A stretch of 64,000 nt of DNA from Prorocentrum cordatum (GCA_963575745.1 CAUYUJ010000225.1:124001-188000), one strand, 5' to 3'; positions 44,801-58,782 are shown, numbered from the stretch's first letter. Program-made: numbers and translations. Notes: generated by a model from the letters alone, not told the origin.

Positions 44801-47500
44801 GATCCGCGTGCCAAGCGGGGCTGCTGCCTCGAGGCGTGAGCGTCAGGCCGTGCGAATCATCTCGCTCGGCCAGATCGTCGCGTCGATGTCGGCTCGCGGG
44901 GCCGGTGGAAGACGCGGCCGGCGCTTCCAGTCATCGCGAGAGGACAGCGCGTCGGGCAGATCGTAGGTAGCCCAAGCGGCAGCACGCGCGCAGCGAAGCC
45001 AAGCCGCGATGGGGTCGCGGAAGGCCCTCGCGAAGAGCAGCACCGCGGGCGCGTCGTCCATGAAGGCGCCGCACTGGTCGTGCACGTCCCGGTTGCCGTC
45101 TGAGCCCGCGACGCGGAAGGCGCCGAGCTCGCGCCGCTGGTGGAAGTGGACCTGCCACCCAGGCCGCGCCGCGGCCACGACCGCGTGGCGACGGGCCCCC
45201 AGGTCGGAGGGACCGAAAGCGTTGCTCATATCTTCTTTGGCGGCGAGGCTGATGCCGAGGCGGCGCAGACGACCAAGACGCCCTTCTTGACACAGGAGCG
45301 CCCCTTCGCGGCACCGCCCCCGCTGGTAGCCGCGCCCCCGCGGAGGCGGGAGGCCCGGTGGTGCGCGCTCTAGCTGCGCTTTGCGCCGTGCCGCCCCAGC
45401 GCGGCAGAGGCCGCGGGCGGCTCGCTTCGCCTGGAACTCGGTCTTGCCATTGTTTTTGTCGAGCGCCGCGGTGGCAGCTCGGTGCCAGATTAGTGGGGCG
45501 CGCTTCGCGCGCCTGATGTTGGCCAGGATGGTCTTCGGGGCCGGCTCGGCAACGGGCGTGTCAAGCACGTCGACGTCGCGGCCGAGCCCGCGGCGATCTC
45601 CCATCAGACGATGTCGCGGTTGGAGAGCGACGCGTGGTTCCCCTCGCGCCTGGGAGGGGCGAACATTCATTGACACTGTCTCGGTGTTCATCATGAGCGT
45701 CATCTTCGTCAACATGGCGACTTGGGCGGCGTCGTCGTCGGCCATCATGCCGACGCCGTGGTTCTAGTGCGAGTCGAAGTACCTGCGTGGGAACGCTGCG
45801 AGGCGGCGCCGCCCGACGTCGAGGGGCCTTCGAGCTGGCCCCGATCAGGTTATCGAGGTCCTCGCGGGCAAGGCCCAAGTGGTCATGCTCAAACATCGGG
45901 GCCTGCGGTGGGGCCTCCAAGTGCTGCTGGCGATGCTCCTCGAAGTCGATCGGCATTGCGCCCGGGCCGCCCTCTGCGCCCGCCCGGGCGAGGTGCTGCG
46001 CGATCTCGGCGCGCCTGGGGGCGAAGCTGTTCCCGGCGCTGTAACGTAGCCCGCGGGGGCCCCTGCGCTGGGTGGCCAGCTGGCGATTCAGATGCCACGC
46101 CTCCGCCGAAATCCCGCTTCTGCCGAGCCTCGCGCGCGTCGGCGACGAGCATCTCCACCTGGGCATCCACTTGCGCGCGTCGACGGGCGCGCGGGCGTCG
46201 CGACGCCCGCGCCAAGGCGAGCGCCATCTCGGTCGAGTCGCAGCCAGCCTCGCAGAGGTCGCGGCGGCCCGACAGGAGCTGGAGCCGCTCGGCGCGAAGC
46301 CGCTGCGCACGCGGGCGCGCTGGTGCTCGGCCCGCAAAGTGCTTCTGCGCCGCCGTGGACAGCTGCTCCACCCAGCGCCCCCGAGCGGAATCGGGGGCGC
46401 TGGCGTCGCACAGCTCGTAAAAATAATCGGGATGCTTGGCGCAGGCCTCCCCCAGCTCGCGGGCGATGACCGCGGCGCCAGTGCCGCGCTGCAGTACCTG
46501 CCCGAGGCGATGGAAATCATATTCAATCTCAGGCCACGTCGGAGGCGCCTGCAGCGTGAATCTGATGTGGACCAGGGTCGGGACATGGTCCTGGAGGCCA
46601 GGGCGCGGGGTCAGCTTCAGGCGCAAGTTGGCGCTCTTGAGCGGCAGGACCGTCCGCGCCGAGAGCGCCCGCGACGACAAAATAGCCGCGTGGTCAATAT
46701 GGGAAGCGATTTTCACACCGTGCGTGGAAGGTCGGGCCGATGTCAAAGTCACTGGTGACCACCCGCATGGAGAAGCGCTCAAGGATCTCGAGCAGTGCGT
46801 CGGCGGCGCAGTGCTTCGCCTGGCGTCCGCGCGGGCCGAGCGCGTCCGAGATGCGAATCCGGAAAAAAAAAACTGCAGACCTCCCTCGAGCCCAGGTCAT
46901 GGTCTTCTCGATCCAATCGCAGATGGCGTCGACCGTGGTACGCATGGCGCGGCGTGCCAGCAGGCGCAGACTCCGTCGCTTGCCGTCGGCTCGATGGTCG
47001 CGGGGAGAAGTGCGCCATGGGAACGAGGATGTCGAATCTGCCGCCCCGGAGGCGCGCCAGAGCGACGCGCCCTCTCAACATCGCTGGTACAGGAGGAGTT
47101 TCCACCACATGGGGAGAACAACGGAATAATGGCGCAGCCGCAGCTGTTATTTGTGTGAGGGCTGGGAGTCCATCCTGAACGCAAGGCCGTGTGGAAGGGC
47201 AACCCTTTCGAACTGTATCCAAATATCATGCCCGCTCTCCTGTGACACTAAAGCAGATCAGATCAACATAGCGACACTCGGCCGATATATCACAAAGTCG
47301 CTCCCCAGCGCTCGCGTTCTGAGTTTTCCAGTGAATACGCTTCATGCGGCCAAAGAAACTCCAGCAACACCAGAACGGCCACCCCGCCAGGAACCGCCAT
47401 CTCGACGCGGGAGGAGGGCGCGCCATGCGGGGCGCGAGGTATGAATGCGCACCCCTCTGCGCTGCCACCCCTAAATCGCCGTCCTCGGGCCCGAGGGGAT
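41836..47500 (-). mobile_element. Decayed non-LTR retrotransposon (APE-RT pol followed by a second ORF)
   Basis: APE-like start MKRIHWKTQN...VDLICFSVT (47345), then HIDHAAI and QDHVP. RT-like segments: APLIWHRAATAALDKNNGK, EDMSNAF, DQCGAFMDD, IYADG (~44789-44800). C-terminal NQCVFC. Bounded by (GAG)n tracts. Confidence 0.78.
42317..43313 (-). pseudogene. Unknown protein downstream of LINE pol (frameshifted)
   Basis: ATG GCC GCC at 43313, with protein-like segments DALDKLPAMEMQMALRL, FATTYHALILGEGSPL, LHGAPELIMG and GSEIKPGVGPKGRQERL. Confidence 0.5.
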
Positions 47501-47503
47501 AGA

Positions 47504-47537
<34 letters not shown>

Positions 47538-50500
47538 GGAGGTGGGGGAGGAGAAAGAGGAGGATGAGAAGGAGGAGGAGGAGGAGGAGAGGCGAAGCGA
47601 GGGAGGCACCCGCGGAAAGGGGCGACTCGGGCGCGAGGGCCCTCTCACGCACCGGGGCTGCGGCGAGCGGGCGGGGGCGGCCTTGGCTGAAGGGAGGCCC
47701 GTGGCAGCCGTCACGGGGCGGCATCGCGATGCACCCGGGGGTGGGGGAGCAGCCGCAATGCGCGGCAACATGCACGACTCCAGGGGGGTCCAGGATCCGC
47801 TCCCATCACTGGACAAACATGGCTACGATGTCAAACAGCACCTGCTGCGCAAAACCGACAGCGGCCAATGTCGGGCAGGGCGACTTGTGGACGGACAACG
47901 CCCGCGGAGACACCGACAGCGAGCCCTGTTCGAAACGGACAAGAACTGCTGTCGGTCTCTGTCCTCATTCGCTCATTCCTTCCGCACTGATGTCGATCGT
48001 ACCGAATCGTAGGCTCCTGGCCGGCCCTTCCCGTCGGTGGTGAGGCCGGAGGGGCCCCGTGGCCGCCCCTCGGCCGCGGTCCTGGCTTGCTCCGTGACGG
48101 GGATCAGCTGCTCGGCGAGTGGCTGCAGCGACGTCAACACGTCCGCCTCGATCGCTGCTGCTAGGTTTTGCCCTCAGCCCCTCGAGAATCGAGGAGGGAG
48201 ATGTTTAGACGCTTCCGGGAAGTGGTTGAACGCTTCCGTCTTTCTTTCCACGCGACAATTCGAAGCAAGCCTGACGCCCCTCACGTTACCTCTCGAAGCG
48301 TGGCGCCGAGGATGTGTGAAACCTGAGGGAGAACCAGAGCGGAGAATGGCGAGGAGAGGGAAAGCGGAACAAGGAACGTTTTTGCCCCCCTTAGGATGGG
48401 ACGCGCAGGGACATACTAATACTATATGTCTTCCTTGGAGGCGCGCGTCCGACCCGAACATATAGTATACCTATCTTGCAGTACGTCGTCTCCCGAGCGG
48501 TGTGGCCAGAAAGCGTCCGCCACGGCGCATCTACTGCAAGATTTCTCGGTGCGCGCCGCGACCCCGAGGGCGCGACGCACATGTAGTATAAGCATGTTGG
48601 GGTGGCGCCGACAGGAAGCTCTGGAAGCCTCTGGGGTTTCTGGGGGGCCTGGGAGGGAGGAGGGAGGAGGGAGGAGGAAGGAGGGAGGAGGGAGGAGGCA
48701 ACCTCTGGGGGGGAAGGGCTGGGTGCGGAACTGAAGCTCGCGAGCCCGCGCCTCTGTCGCCCTCCTCGCTTCTTGCCCTGGGGTCGCCGGCTCACGAAGG
48801 CTGCCGCCGGCGGGGGAGCGCCTCTCAGACGACTCGGCACGGGTGGCAGGCCGCTGCGCCAGTCGTGCCAGACAGGGAGAGAGCGGGGAGCGAGGAGCGA
48901 AGCGAAGCGAACGCCGAAGTCGTGCGCCCTCCGCCCCGGAAGGCCCCCGCCCGTGCCCACTGAGGCATGGCGTGGAGGCCGTGGACTCGAAGATTGTACG
49001 GAGCGGAAAAAACTGAAAGTGAGGGAAGCGGCTCGGGCAGGCCATGGGCTGCCGCCAATGCGAAGCGCGCTGCGAAGCAAGGCCCAGGGCAACGAGGCTG
49101 CAGGTGCGCTCGAGAGGGTTACACACGACGCCACCTCCTCCCCGAGACCTCCGACGTTGCGCTTGTTTTCGCGGCGCGGGCCCCTGGAGCTCTCGACCGC
49201 GTCCCCAAGACTTTCCTTCCTCCTCCTCCTCCTCCTCTCCTCCTCCCCCTCCTCCTCCTCCCCCTCCCTCCTCCCTCCCCTCCTCCTCCCTCCTCCTCCT
49301 CCCTCCTCCTCCTCCTTCCTCCTCCTCCTCCTCCTCCTCCTCCTCCTCCTCCTCCTCCTCCTCCTCCTCGCGGGGAAATATCCGCCGTCTGCCTGCTCGC
49401 GGGGCATGGCGGTGTAGTGGATACATCACGTCCGCAACCGTGCCCCTGGCACTCTGAGGTGTGGTATGATGCCAGGTGCTGACTGGTGTTTCTGGTCTGA
49501 TCTTCTGAGGGAGCCCCCATTCATCGCACTCCCGGGCATGCATTCGCGCCCCCCCCCCCCCCGCCAAGACGATTGAGCCTCGCTTCCGGGGCCAAGATCC
49601 TTCGTACGAAACTATGGAGCTGCGCTCCCGAAGCCACGACCTCCAATAAAAACCATGGGTCCGTGCACCCGAGGCCATGATGACACTTAAAAGCAACACA
49701 TCCGACATCCCAAGTTTCCGAGACGGCCACACATAATGGTTCCCCATGTGTCTGTGGACATTGAAAGAATTGGGCGTCTTCACTTTTCTTGGCTGCCGTC
49801 AGCTCCAGTCAGCCCCAGGGTCCTCCAATGTGGCCCCTGGACATCTCAAGAGGGCCACTCAAATTGCCCAATCATCTTCCAAGACGGCCTGAATACAGCC
49901 CGGAAAAAGGCCCCTGGACGCCCAGGATGGTCCCTAAGAGAGCCCCAAGCTGGCCCAAGAAAGCCTCCGAAGGGACCCAAGATGTCGTCAGAGGGCCCAG
50001 GCGCCCACCTCGGACACCGGCGGCGGCTCCCCAAGGTTGCACCCTGTCCGCCGAAGAAGATAGGCCCGTTCGCGACGCAGGGGCAACGAGCAGGGGAACC
50101 AGAAGACACCAGAAGAGCGGAGGCCTGGACATGAGCATCAACACCAACACAGGGGTTTGCCACCTGGACCAGGGGAAGGCTGTCCCGGACGTTGGTGCTG
50201 GTGGTCACCTCTCGGCCACCCCGGAAGGCCGGCTCTTACCACCATCGCCGATACCATCCTCCCGCGGTGGGGACACGCCGCCGATGCTGGTGTTGGTGTC
50301 AACCTCGAGGTCTCCGAAGAAAGGTGGCGGGAGGGGGGAGGAGGAGGAGGAGGAGGAGGAGGAGGAGGAGGAGGAGGAGGAGGAGGAGGAGGAGGAGGAG
50401 GAGGAGGAGGAGGAGAGGGAGGCACGCTGCCGCAGACCTACAGCGTGAGTGGACCTCTAGCGCCCACATCGCTGAGGACGGCGTGTGCCCAGAAGCCGGC

Positions 50501-50588
50501 CAGGGCAGCGGAGCCGCCGCTGGGAGAAGGGTGGAGAAAGGGGTGGAGCGGGAGAGGGGAGTGAGCGAACAAGCAAGGGAGAGGCATA

Positions 50589-50879
50589 CCGTACGTCGAC
50601 GAAATGTTGCACCACTTTTGCCGCGCAGTGTCAGCTGCATTGCATTGCTCCTCCCCCCCCCCTCCCCCTGATCTTAATATTGGGCACATGGCAAAGGTCC
50701 CTTGGCGCCCCCCCCAGGGCTCGCGACAGAATGTTGCACCACCGAGCCGTTTCGATGAACCCGGGACCGCAGCCAATGTTAAGATTGGGGGGAATGGGGG
50801 GGTGGAAGCGAACATCCGTTGCAACATCGGCTTGCTTTCTTGACACCACCAGGTGGTGCAACATTTTGTCGATGTACCG
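50589..50879. mobile_element. ~290-bp MITE, copy 2 (TA TSD)
   Basis: Colinear with 39810-40096, with the same TIRs, TA on both sides and unrelated flanks. Confidence 0.88.
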
Positions 50880-52865
50880 TAGACACAGCCGTCTTCGAAG
50901 TGTGCGTGGATCGACGATGCCTGCAGCAGCGACGGCGGGCTGGACACGGAAGGTGAGACGTCGACACCAGCAGGTTTCCGTACCCTCTAGGCGGACATGA
51001 CAGGTGTCATTCAGATGCAGATAAACGTCTTGCGTCGAGGCTTTGCTTGACCTGGCACTTCTCAACTCGCCTTGGTATAGTGTCAGGATTCCAAGACGGA
51101 GGAGGACGAGGAATACACGCAGCAGAATGCGTGTACCCGTTATGCATGGAATGATCGACGCCCTGGGACTGTTAGACGTGAAATGGGACGCGAATGGGTT
51201 CCGACAAGAGCGCTCGAATCGAGGGCTCCGCCGTTTCCACAGCGGTCCGCAAAGAGAGCGGTGACCACTGACGGGGCATGCAGCAAACGCTGCCGCAGGG
51301 AGGGGGAGAGGGAGGCGAGGACACAGAGGGAGGGGATATCACATCAGGCACAACCCATCGACGCGACGCGCAAGGGGATCCCCGCCACTGCGGGGAGGTG
51401 GTGCCGAGCTCGGGTCGGCCGATTACAGTACCATGCTTGTACACCCGCGCTGCTGCGCGGCGTCAAATTGCAAACGTATCCCTTGCGCGATCTTGAAACG
51501 CAATGGGCTGGACGTGACAATCAATGGACTGGACTAAACATAAGAGGGAGAGTGCGGGAATGAAGGAAGGAGGGACACACTATCACCTGTTAATCTTCCG
51601 CGTCGCTGTCGCCAACGGCTACGCGCTCGTGGTAGGTACCATCCCGTCGACCTCAAACTCTGTCTACTGACCTCGGGGCTCTGGAACTGGCTACAGGCGC
51701 TCTGAGAAAATGGCACGCGCACTTTTTAAACGTGGAAAAAAGCACGGCGCTGCTTGCAATTATGCTCATTATTGTTCCATCCACGAGACCGGCGGCCAAG
51801 CCTCTCCGATGCACCACCCTGCCCTGAACGCCGCACTGGTGAACATTGAATGCAATGTCGCCACTTTTGTGTAACACGCGGAATTGTGCCAATTGTGAAA
51901 GTCCAGGCAAGCATCCAGAACCCCTTAAAATACTTACAATGGGAAGCTGCGGGCCCGACCTATCCACAACGCTTAGATCGACGACGTCGTAGCAGACGAC
52001 GCCGTATTGGAGACGATTCTGAGACGCGCGCTTGGGCTGTACGTGGATTTGCTTGCTGGGCCTGGGCTGATCGCAGTCACAGCATAGGTGAAATGGTCAT
52101 GCTGTCGCCCTCGATGCTGACCATGATGTCGCCCACAAGTGGCTAAACTCAGATAATGGTTCGGTTGGTTCTGAGATCTGTCCGAGTAGAGGGCAGGGAA
52201 GGAGGAGGGGATGGAGAGAGGGGGAGGGGAGGGAATGCCGGGCGGGTGACAGGACGCCGAAGAGCGGGTAGCTATCACAAATCTAAAACACATTCGCCCT
52301 GGTGAATTTGTTGGCTGGTGATACATGTGTTTTCAAGGGTCGCAAAGCAATTCACGGTCACCAGCGGAACAAAAATAACAAAATGCTGGGCAGATGCCGA
52401 GGCACGTGCCGATGCCCTTGAAAAGGTCAAGAGAGCTTCGCAAGTATGTTCAAAAGCAGGAAACCTGCTAGACGTGTGTTGTCACATGCGTTGAAACAAT
52501 AGACGAAGGTGTCCATGACGCACTGCACTGGGAGGAGCCGCTGGCCATGACCGAGATATACAGCAACGGGCACCCAAATATACAAAACCAGTGCTGTATA
52601 GTAGAGTACGTTTTCACAGTGGCAGATGGTGATCTTCTTTGGCCAGCCCACGCCCCATATGACGACAGCAGACACCCACCAAAACTGCACTCGTGTGAGG
52701 AGAGCCCCTTCGACACAGAAGTTCCATTGGGCATCCACGCGCACACACACACACACCTCCGCCTCCTGCCCGTTCTCATCCTTCTCCCCTTCCCTTACCC
52801 CCCCCGTCAATTGTCCTCCGCCTCCTCCTCCTCCACCTCCCTCCGCCTCCTCCTCCTCCTCCTCC

Positions 52866-55054
52866 TTTTTGCTCGAGACAGCCTTCCCACCACACTCCAT
52901 GAGCAAAGCGGGCGTTCGTGGTTAACCCACGCGAGAAGAAAAGCCAAACCCATATGGGCTGGCTCAAAACAGGGCCTCGCCGCTGAGGAGGTCCCCCCAG
53001 TCAGAAACGAGATCCCCAGGAATCCAGGCCTGAGAAATGCGGCCCTGGGGTCCGCGGGGCCATGGTAGCTGTCCTTTGAGCAGCAGTTTGACTTGTCTCG
53101 GCTTTGGGTTGGTACATCCGCCCACCAGGTCTTTTGCTTGGCGGCCCGTGGTGTAAGATCCACAGCGACGGCAGAAGTCACAACCTTGGCCAGACTGAAA
53201 CACACGCGCAATCCTGAGATCGTGAGCGGGCGAGGGAGGGACAGGAGGGGCAATGAGGGCACGGATGGTGGTGGGGATTGGCCCGCATTCGGACAGGTCC
53301 GCACGACGGCCATTCTTGAAATAACGTTCACCCACCGCACACCGTGGGCTAACAGGCAGCCTTTGACTGGTCGGGAAAGTTTGACTCTACTCAGGTCACC
53401 GAAAAGATCACGAGCCTTGGGCCACGCTTGAAGCACAGTTATCATGGCACAAGCCACCGCAAAGAAACCTTCGCGCGCTTCCGTGACCTTGGCAACGTCT
53501 ACGGCCGAGGAAAAAGCCCCCGCACTCTCTTTGGCAAAAACATCCGCCCAGGTATTCCCTCGGGTTTTCCAAGCGGCTTGATTCGTATCGGCCTCACTCA
53601 GATGGGCTTTCACCTTATGGGTCGACCAACTTTTTGCCCCCGCGATCTTTATGCGCCGCCAGTGGCCCGCCTGGGCCGTCTTCTTCTGGGTCCCACGGGC
53701 CACGCCCTGGGCTCCCCAAACCACCGCAGCGCAATCCAGGTAAAAATGCTGGTCCTCTGAGCTGGCCTCAATATGCTCTACCATATTCATCAGGGCATGG
53801 TGTTCTGTGAGGACGGCGGTCTGCGGCAGGCTGCTGGGGATACTCCCTCGCATTCCTCTAACCAGATTGCCCTCCTCATCCGTCTCGATGGCAGACCAGC
53901 CTCCCCTGGCGAGCAACTCACACTTGGGCTCCACCACCGACCCATCGCCGAAAACGATGGCCCCACTCTGAAACATGAACGGGTCGGTCGGCCCGTCAGC
54001 GTTGAAATAGAGCACCTGGTCCTCGGTCGGTCCTGGCACTTCTAACTCTGGTGTCGGTAACCATAGTGCGGAATAGAAAGGGTCCTCTTCGCCTGCCCTC
54101 ACAGCGGCCTCAACTATCGTAGGGTCAAAGCCCGCTCTCAGAGGTCCGCCGTGGGGGAAGCTCCACGCTCGGTGCCACGTCGTGTCCAAGGCAGGGCAGA
54201 ACCTGCACTTGGGCGAGGTGGCAAACCCCCATCGGTGCAGCGAAGAGGCCGTCGTATATGCTCTACAAAAAAGCTTCCTGGCGATGTCTTTTCCCTGGGC
54301 GTTCAGACCCTTCGATTTCAGCAACAACTGGATAGGCTCGGTCCAGAGGCCCCTCATCTTGATGTCCAGGGCCCTGGGGTGGTTTTCCCGATCCAGTAAA
54401 CGCAACATAGTATCGTCCAGGAGCTTCTTCTTCTTCAAATCCTGAATGAAAATCTTCTGCACTAGCGTAGGTGGGGAGTCGGTGAGCCGAACCTCAGCAC
54501 CATCCCGTGATGTAAAAGAAGCTGGCCCTGTATACGCCCACCCCGCTTCGACTCCCCACAAGAGCGCGTCAAGGATGGGGTGTGTGCCTCTACGCCTCCA
54601 TCCCTGTGATACAGGCATGGCCGCCAGCCTCTGCAGGCAGCCGTGGCAGGCCTTCGACAACTGGCCTGCCGACAGGCCATCGGCCGCTCGAATGTCATCA
54701 TCTCCCGCCTCCCACCATTCCCATGCATACCGTACCACCGTGTCACCAGCGTGCAGGATGGGGTCCTTGGAGGGGGAGGTGGCCCAGATCAGGTCTATGG
54801 AGGCTCCAGGGCTCCAGATGCCTAGCGCCTTGGCCCCCAATACTCGCAACCTGTGCACATCCTTGGCCGACAAGGCAACCACGTCACTGCCGTACGTGAT
54901 GCTCGGCTTCTGGCCCATGAAAAAACAACTTGGCTTTGGCTCCAGCTTTACCACGCATCCCCTTGATTTTTGGCATTCTCCTGAGGGCCTTGGCCCATCG
55001 GGCCCTGCGTTTCAACAATCGGCCAGGGGTCCCAGACGGCAGAGTCTTGGTAGT
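52866..55054 (-). mobile_element. 5'-truncated LINE (post-RT region + RNase H)
   Basis: ORF 52807..54954 has KCRFCPALDTTWHRAW, VFGDGSV, TAVLTEHHAL, YLDCAAVV, HKVKAH and GNTWADVFAK. It is colinear with the 3' half of the LINE at 10828-18520. There is a short A5 tail at 52866-52870 and (CCT)n on both flanks. Confidence 0.88.
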
Positions 55055-55277
55055 CTCCTCCTCCTCCTCCTCCTCCCTCCTCCTCCTCCTCCTCCTCCTC
55101 CTCCTCCTCCTCGTCCTCCTCGTCCTCCTCGTCCTCCTCGTCCTCCTCGTCCTCCGCGTCCTCCTCGTCCTCCTCGTCCTCCTCGTCCTCCTCGTCCTCC
55201 GCGTCCTCCTCGTCCTCGTCGTCCTCTTCGTCCTCCACGTCCTCCTCCTCCTCGTCCTCGTCGTCCTCCTCCTCCTG
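55055..55277. repeat. (CCT)n/(CGTCCTCCT)n microsatellite
   Basis: Direct reading of the sequence. Confidence 0.93.
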
Positions 55278-56527
55278 CCCGCCCGCCCGAACAATCGTGG
55301 CGACCTCCTTCAGCGATGCCGCGTCCGTCCCCGACGGACCCCGCAAGGCGGCCCTCAGGGAACGGACTCGCCTGAGGCAGCTGAAGGATGCGGAGACCTA
55401 GTGGGGGTAGGAGTGCCCTGTCGCGGGCTCAGGGCGGAGTGTTGGGAGCCCCGTCCCTGAGTAACAAATCCCACTCTGATGGGCACCCCTCCCTTATTTC
55501 TTTCACCTCTCCTCCCCTCGGAGGAAGAGGACCAGTTCAGCTTCATCCAGCTTCATCCGAAACAGAACACAAAAAACCTCGTCCTCCTCGTCCACCTCGT
55601 CCTCCTCGCCCTCGTCCTCCTCCTCCACCTCCTCCTCCTCCTCCTCCTCCCTGCCACTCCCTGCCACTCCCTCGCTACTCCTCCCCCTCCCCGATCCTCC
55701 CTCCTCCCGCCCCCTGACGCCCCCGACGCCCCCGCCTCGAAGTCGGCCGCGGCGTTCCCCCAGCGCAGCGCCTTCGATTTGACGACTGGGTAGGGCTCGG
55801 GCCAGATCTCCTCGGCCGCCCCCCCCGCGGGGCCCCGGCGGGTGGGCGAGGCCGGCCCTGCCGGCCCAAGGAGCACGGGGCCCTCGCCAACGTGCGACGC
55901 GAAAACGAGTTGTGTTTGTCTGTGTGTGTGTGTGTGTGCGTGCGTGCGTGCATGCGTGCGTGTGTGTGTGTGCTTGTTTTTTTGATATAGAACTAAGTTT
56001 ATCAGCATATATATACATATACATACATATTAGTTTTTCTACGCGAAAGCGATGGTCTGCTGCAGATGCGGTCGAGAAAGCTTGCTCGTGTCGCCGCGGC
56101 GGCCCTGGCGACAAGATGTGCCTCGCAATCGGAAAGCATGCCGCTCCGCTCCACGGGGGGGTAGCCTGGGAAACGCTCGGGACGCTGACGCTTGGCAACG
56201 GGATGTGGATAGCGTGTTGCGCCGAAGCGTGGTTGGCCAGAACTGGAGGAGCGACACTCTAAGCCAAAGCTTCCAACCGTAAGCCCAGAGATCGCTGGCG
56301 CAACGGCCGATGCGATGGACCGCTGGACCGAGCTCTTGGTGCTAGCTCGCCTCGACACCTCGCTGGCGATTGACCCCCCTCGGTAGCGAGCGGAACGCGC
56401 GAGGGACGGTGCCGGAAGCGCCGCCAGGGGAGTACAGCGCCGATCCAAGAAATCCGCACGGATCTCAGAACAACTATGCTTGTACATGTTTCCTGTCTGT
56501 GATGAATAGTGACAAGTAGTTGCATTA

Positions 56528-56529
<2 letters not shown>

Positions 56530-56625
<96 letters not shown>

Positions 56626-56672
56626 ATAGTAATAGCAGTAGCAGTAGCAGTAGCAGTAGCAGTAGCAGTAGC

Positions 56673-56719
<47 letters not shown>

Positions 56720-56721
56720 CT

Positions 56722-56779
<58 letters not shown>

Positions 56780-56797
56780 CAATGACAGTCGTAGTAA

Positions 56798-56839
<42 letters not shown>

Positions 56840-57027
56840 GGTAGGTTAGTAGGTAGGTAGGTAACATTAGTAGTAGTAGTAGTAGTAGTAGAAGAAGAAG
56901 AAGAAGTAGTAGTGGAAAAAGTAGAATTAGTAGTAGTAGTAGCAGTGGTAGTCGTAGTCGTCGTCGTCGTAGTCGAAGTAGTTGTAGTAGTAAAGATATT
57001 ACAGTAGTACTAGTAGTAGTAGTCGTC

Positions 57028-57061
<34 letters not shown>

Positions 57062-57762
57062 TAGTAGTCGTAGTAGTAGCAGTAGTAGTAGTAGTAGCAG
57101 TGATAGTAGTAGTAGTAGTTGTCGTAGCAGTAGTAGTCGTCGTCGTCGTCGCATTAGTAGTGGTGGTGCGAATAGTAGTTGTAGTAGGAGTAGTAGTCGT
57201 AGTCGTAGTAGTAGTAGAAATAGGATTAGCAGTAGTAGTAGAAGTAGTAGTGGATGAAGTAGTAATAACAGTGGTTGTAGTATCAGTAATAGTAGTAGTT
57301 GTTGTACTAATAGTATTGATAGTCGTAGTAGTAATACTACGAGGACTAACAATAGTAATTATTACTAGTGCTAATAGTAGTAGTGTTAGTAGGAGTAGTA
57401 GTCGTCGTCGCATTAATAGTGGTGGTGGTAGTAGTAGTAGTACTAGGATAGTAGTCGTAGTAGTAGTCGTAGTAATCTTACTAGCACTAGTAGTAGTAGT
57501 GGTAATAATAATAGTAGTAGTAGTAATAGTAGTAGTAGTATTGGATGTAGTAGTAGTAGCAGTAGTAGTAAGAGTGGTAGTAGTAGTGGTAATAGTACTA
57601 GTACTAATGGTGGTCGTAATAGAAGTAGTAGTAGAAGAAGTAGTAGCACTATCATCCGTACTAATCGTAGTAGTAGTAGTAGTAACGATTGCACGAATAG
57701 TAAGATACGTGTTCGTAGTAGTAGTAATAGTCGCAGCCGTAGTAGTAGTAAGAGTAGTAGTC

Positions 57763-57802
<40 letters not shown>

Positions 57803-58384
57803 TAGTAGTCGTAGTAGTAGTAGTAGGGATCGAAGTAGTCGTAGTCGTAGTAATGGTGGTAGCAGTAGCGATCGTAGTAGGAGTAGTGATCGTAGTCCTA
57901 GTCGTATTCGTATTCGTAGTAGTGGTAGTAGTAATAGCCGTCGTCGTAGTAGTAGTAGTCGTCATGATGGTAGTAGCAGGGATAGTAGTAGTAATAGTAG
58001 TGGAATAAGAAACATAACAAGTACAATTATAACTAGCAGCCGTAGTCGTAGTAGACAAGGGTAGTGGTGGTGGTGGTAGTGGTAATAATATTACTAGTCG
58101 TAGCAGTGATGGTGATCGCACTAGTAGGAGCAGGAGTCGGAGGAGTGGTAGCAGTAGTAGCAGAAGTAGTCGTAGTAATGCCATGGTCATAGTAGTACAG
58201 GTGGTAGTAGAAGTGGTTGTAGTAGTAGAAGTAAAAGTAGAACTAGTAGTAGTAGTGTTAGTAGCAGTAGTGATATCCGTAGTAGAAGCATGTAGTATGT
58301 AGCAGTAGTTGTAGTAGTGGTAATAGTAGTAGTAGTAGTAGTAGCAGTAGTAGTAGTAGTAGTCGTAGTAGTAGTAGTAGTAGC

Positions 58385-58415
<31 letters not shown>

Positions 58416-58744
58416 CCCGTAGCAGCCCTAGTCATAGCGGCACTATCACAGCACAGCACTCGCACACATTGTTGTTAGTGGTAGTACAAGAATAAGAAGA
58501 CATATACGTAGCAGTCGCCGTAGTAATACAAATGGTGATACTTGTACTGGCATTAGCAAACGTAGTAAGAGTAGTGCTAGTCGTACCCGTAGTGGTATTA
58601 GTAATGGTACTAATGGTGGTGGTACTAGTAGTGGCAGTAGTGGTAGCAGTCGTAGTCGTAGTAGTAGTAGTAGTAGTAGTAGTAGAAGTAGTAGTAGTAG
58701 CAGTATAAGTCGTAGTAATGGTGGTCACTGCCGTACAAGTAGAG

Positions 58745-58782
<38 letters not shown>

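Noticed and set aside
52427..52740. Membrane-protein-like ORF fragment
   Set aside because: Hydrophobic, but no recognisable family motif, start or splice structure.
55725..55890. Possible isolated exon (EEIWPEPYPVVKSKALRWG), and a similar GC-rich piece at ~48020-48165
   Set aside because: No recognisable domain, and no partner exons could be linked with confidence.
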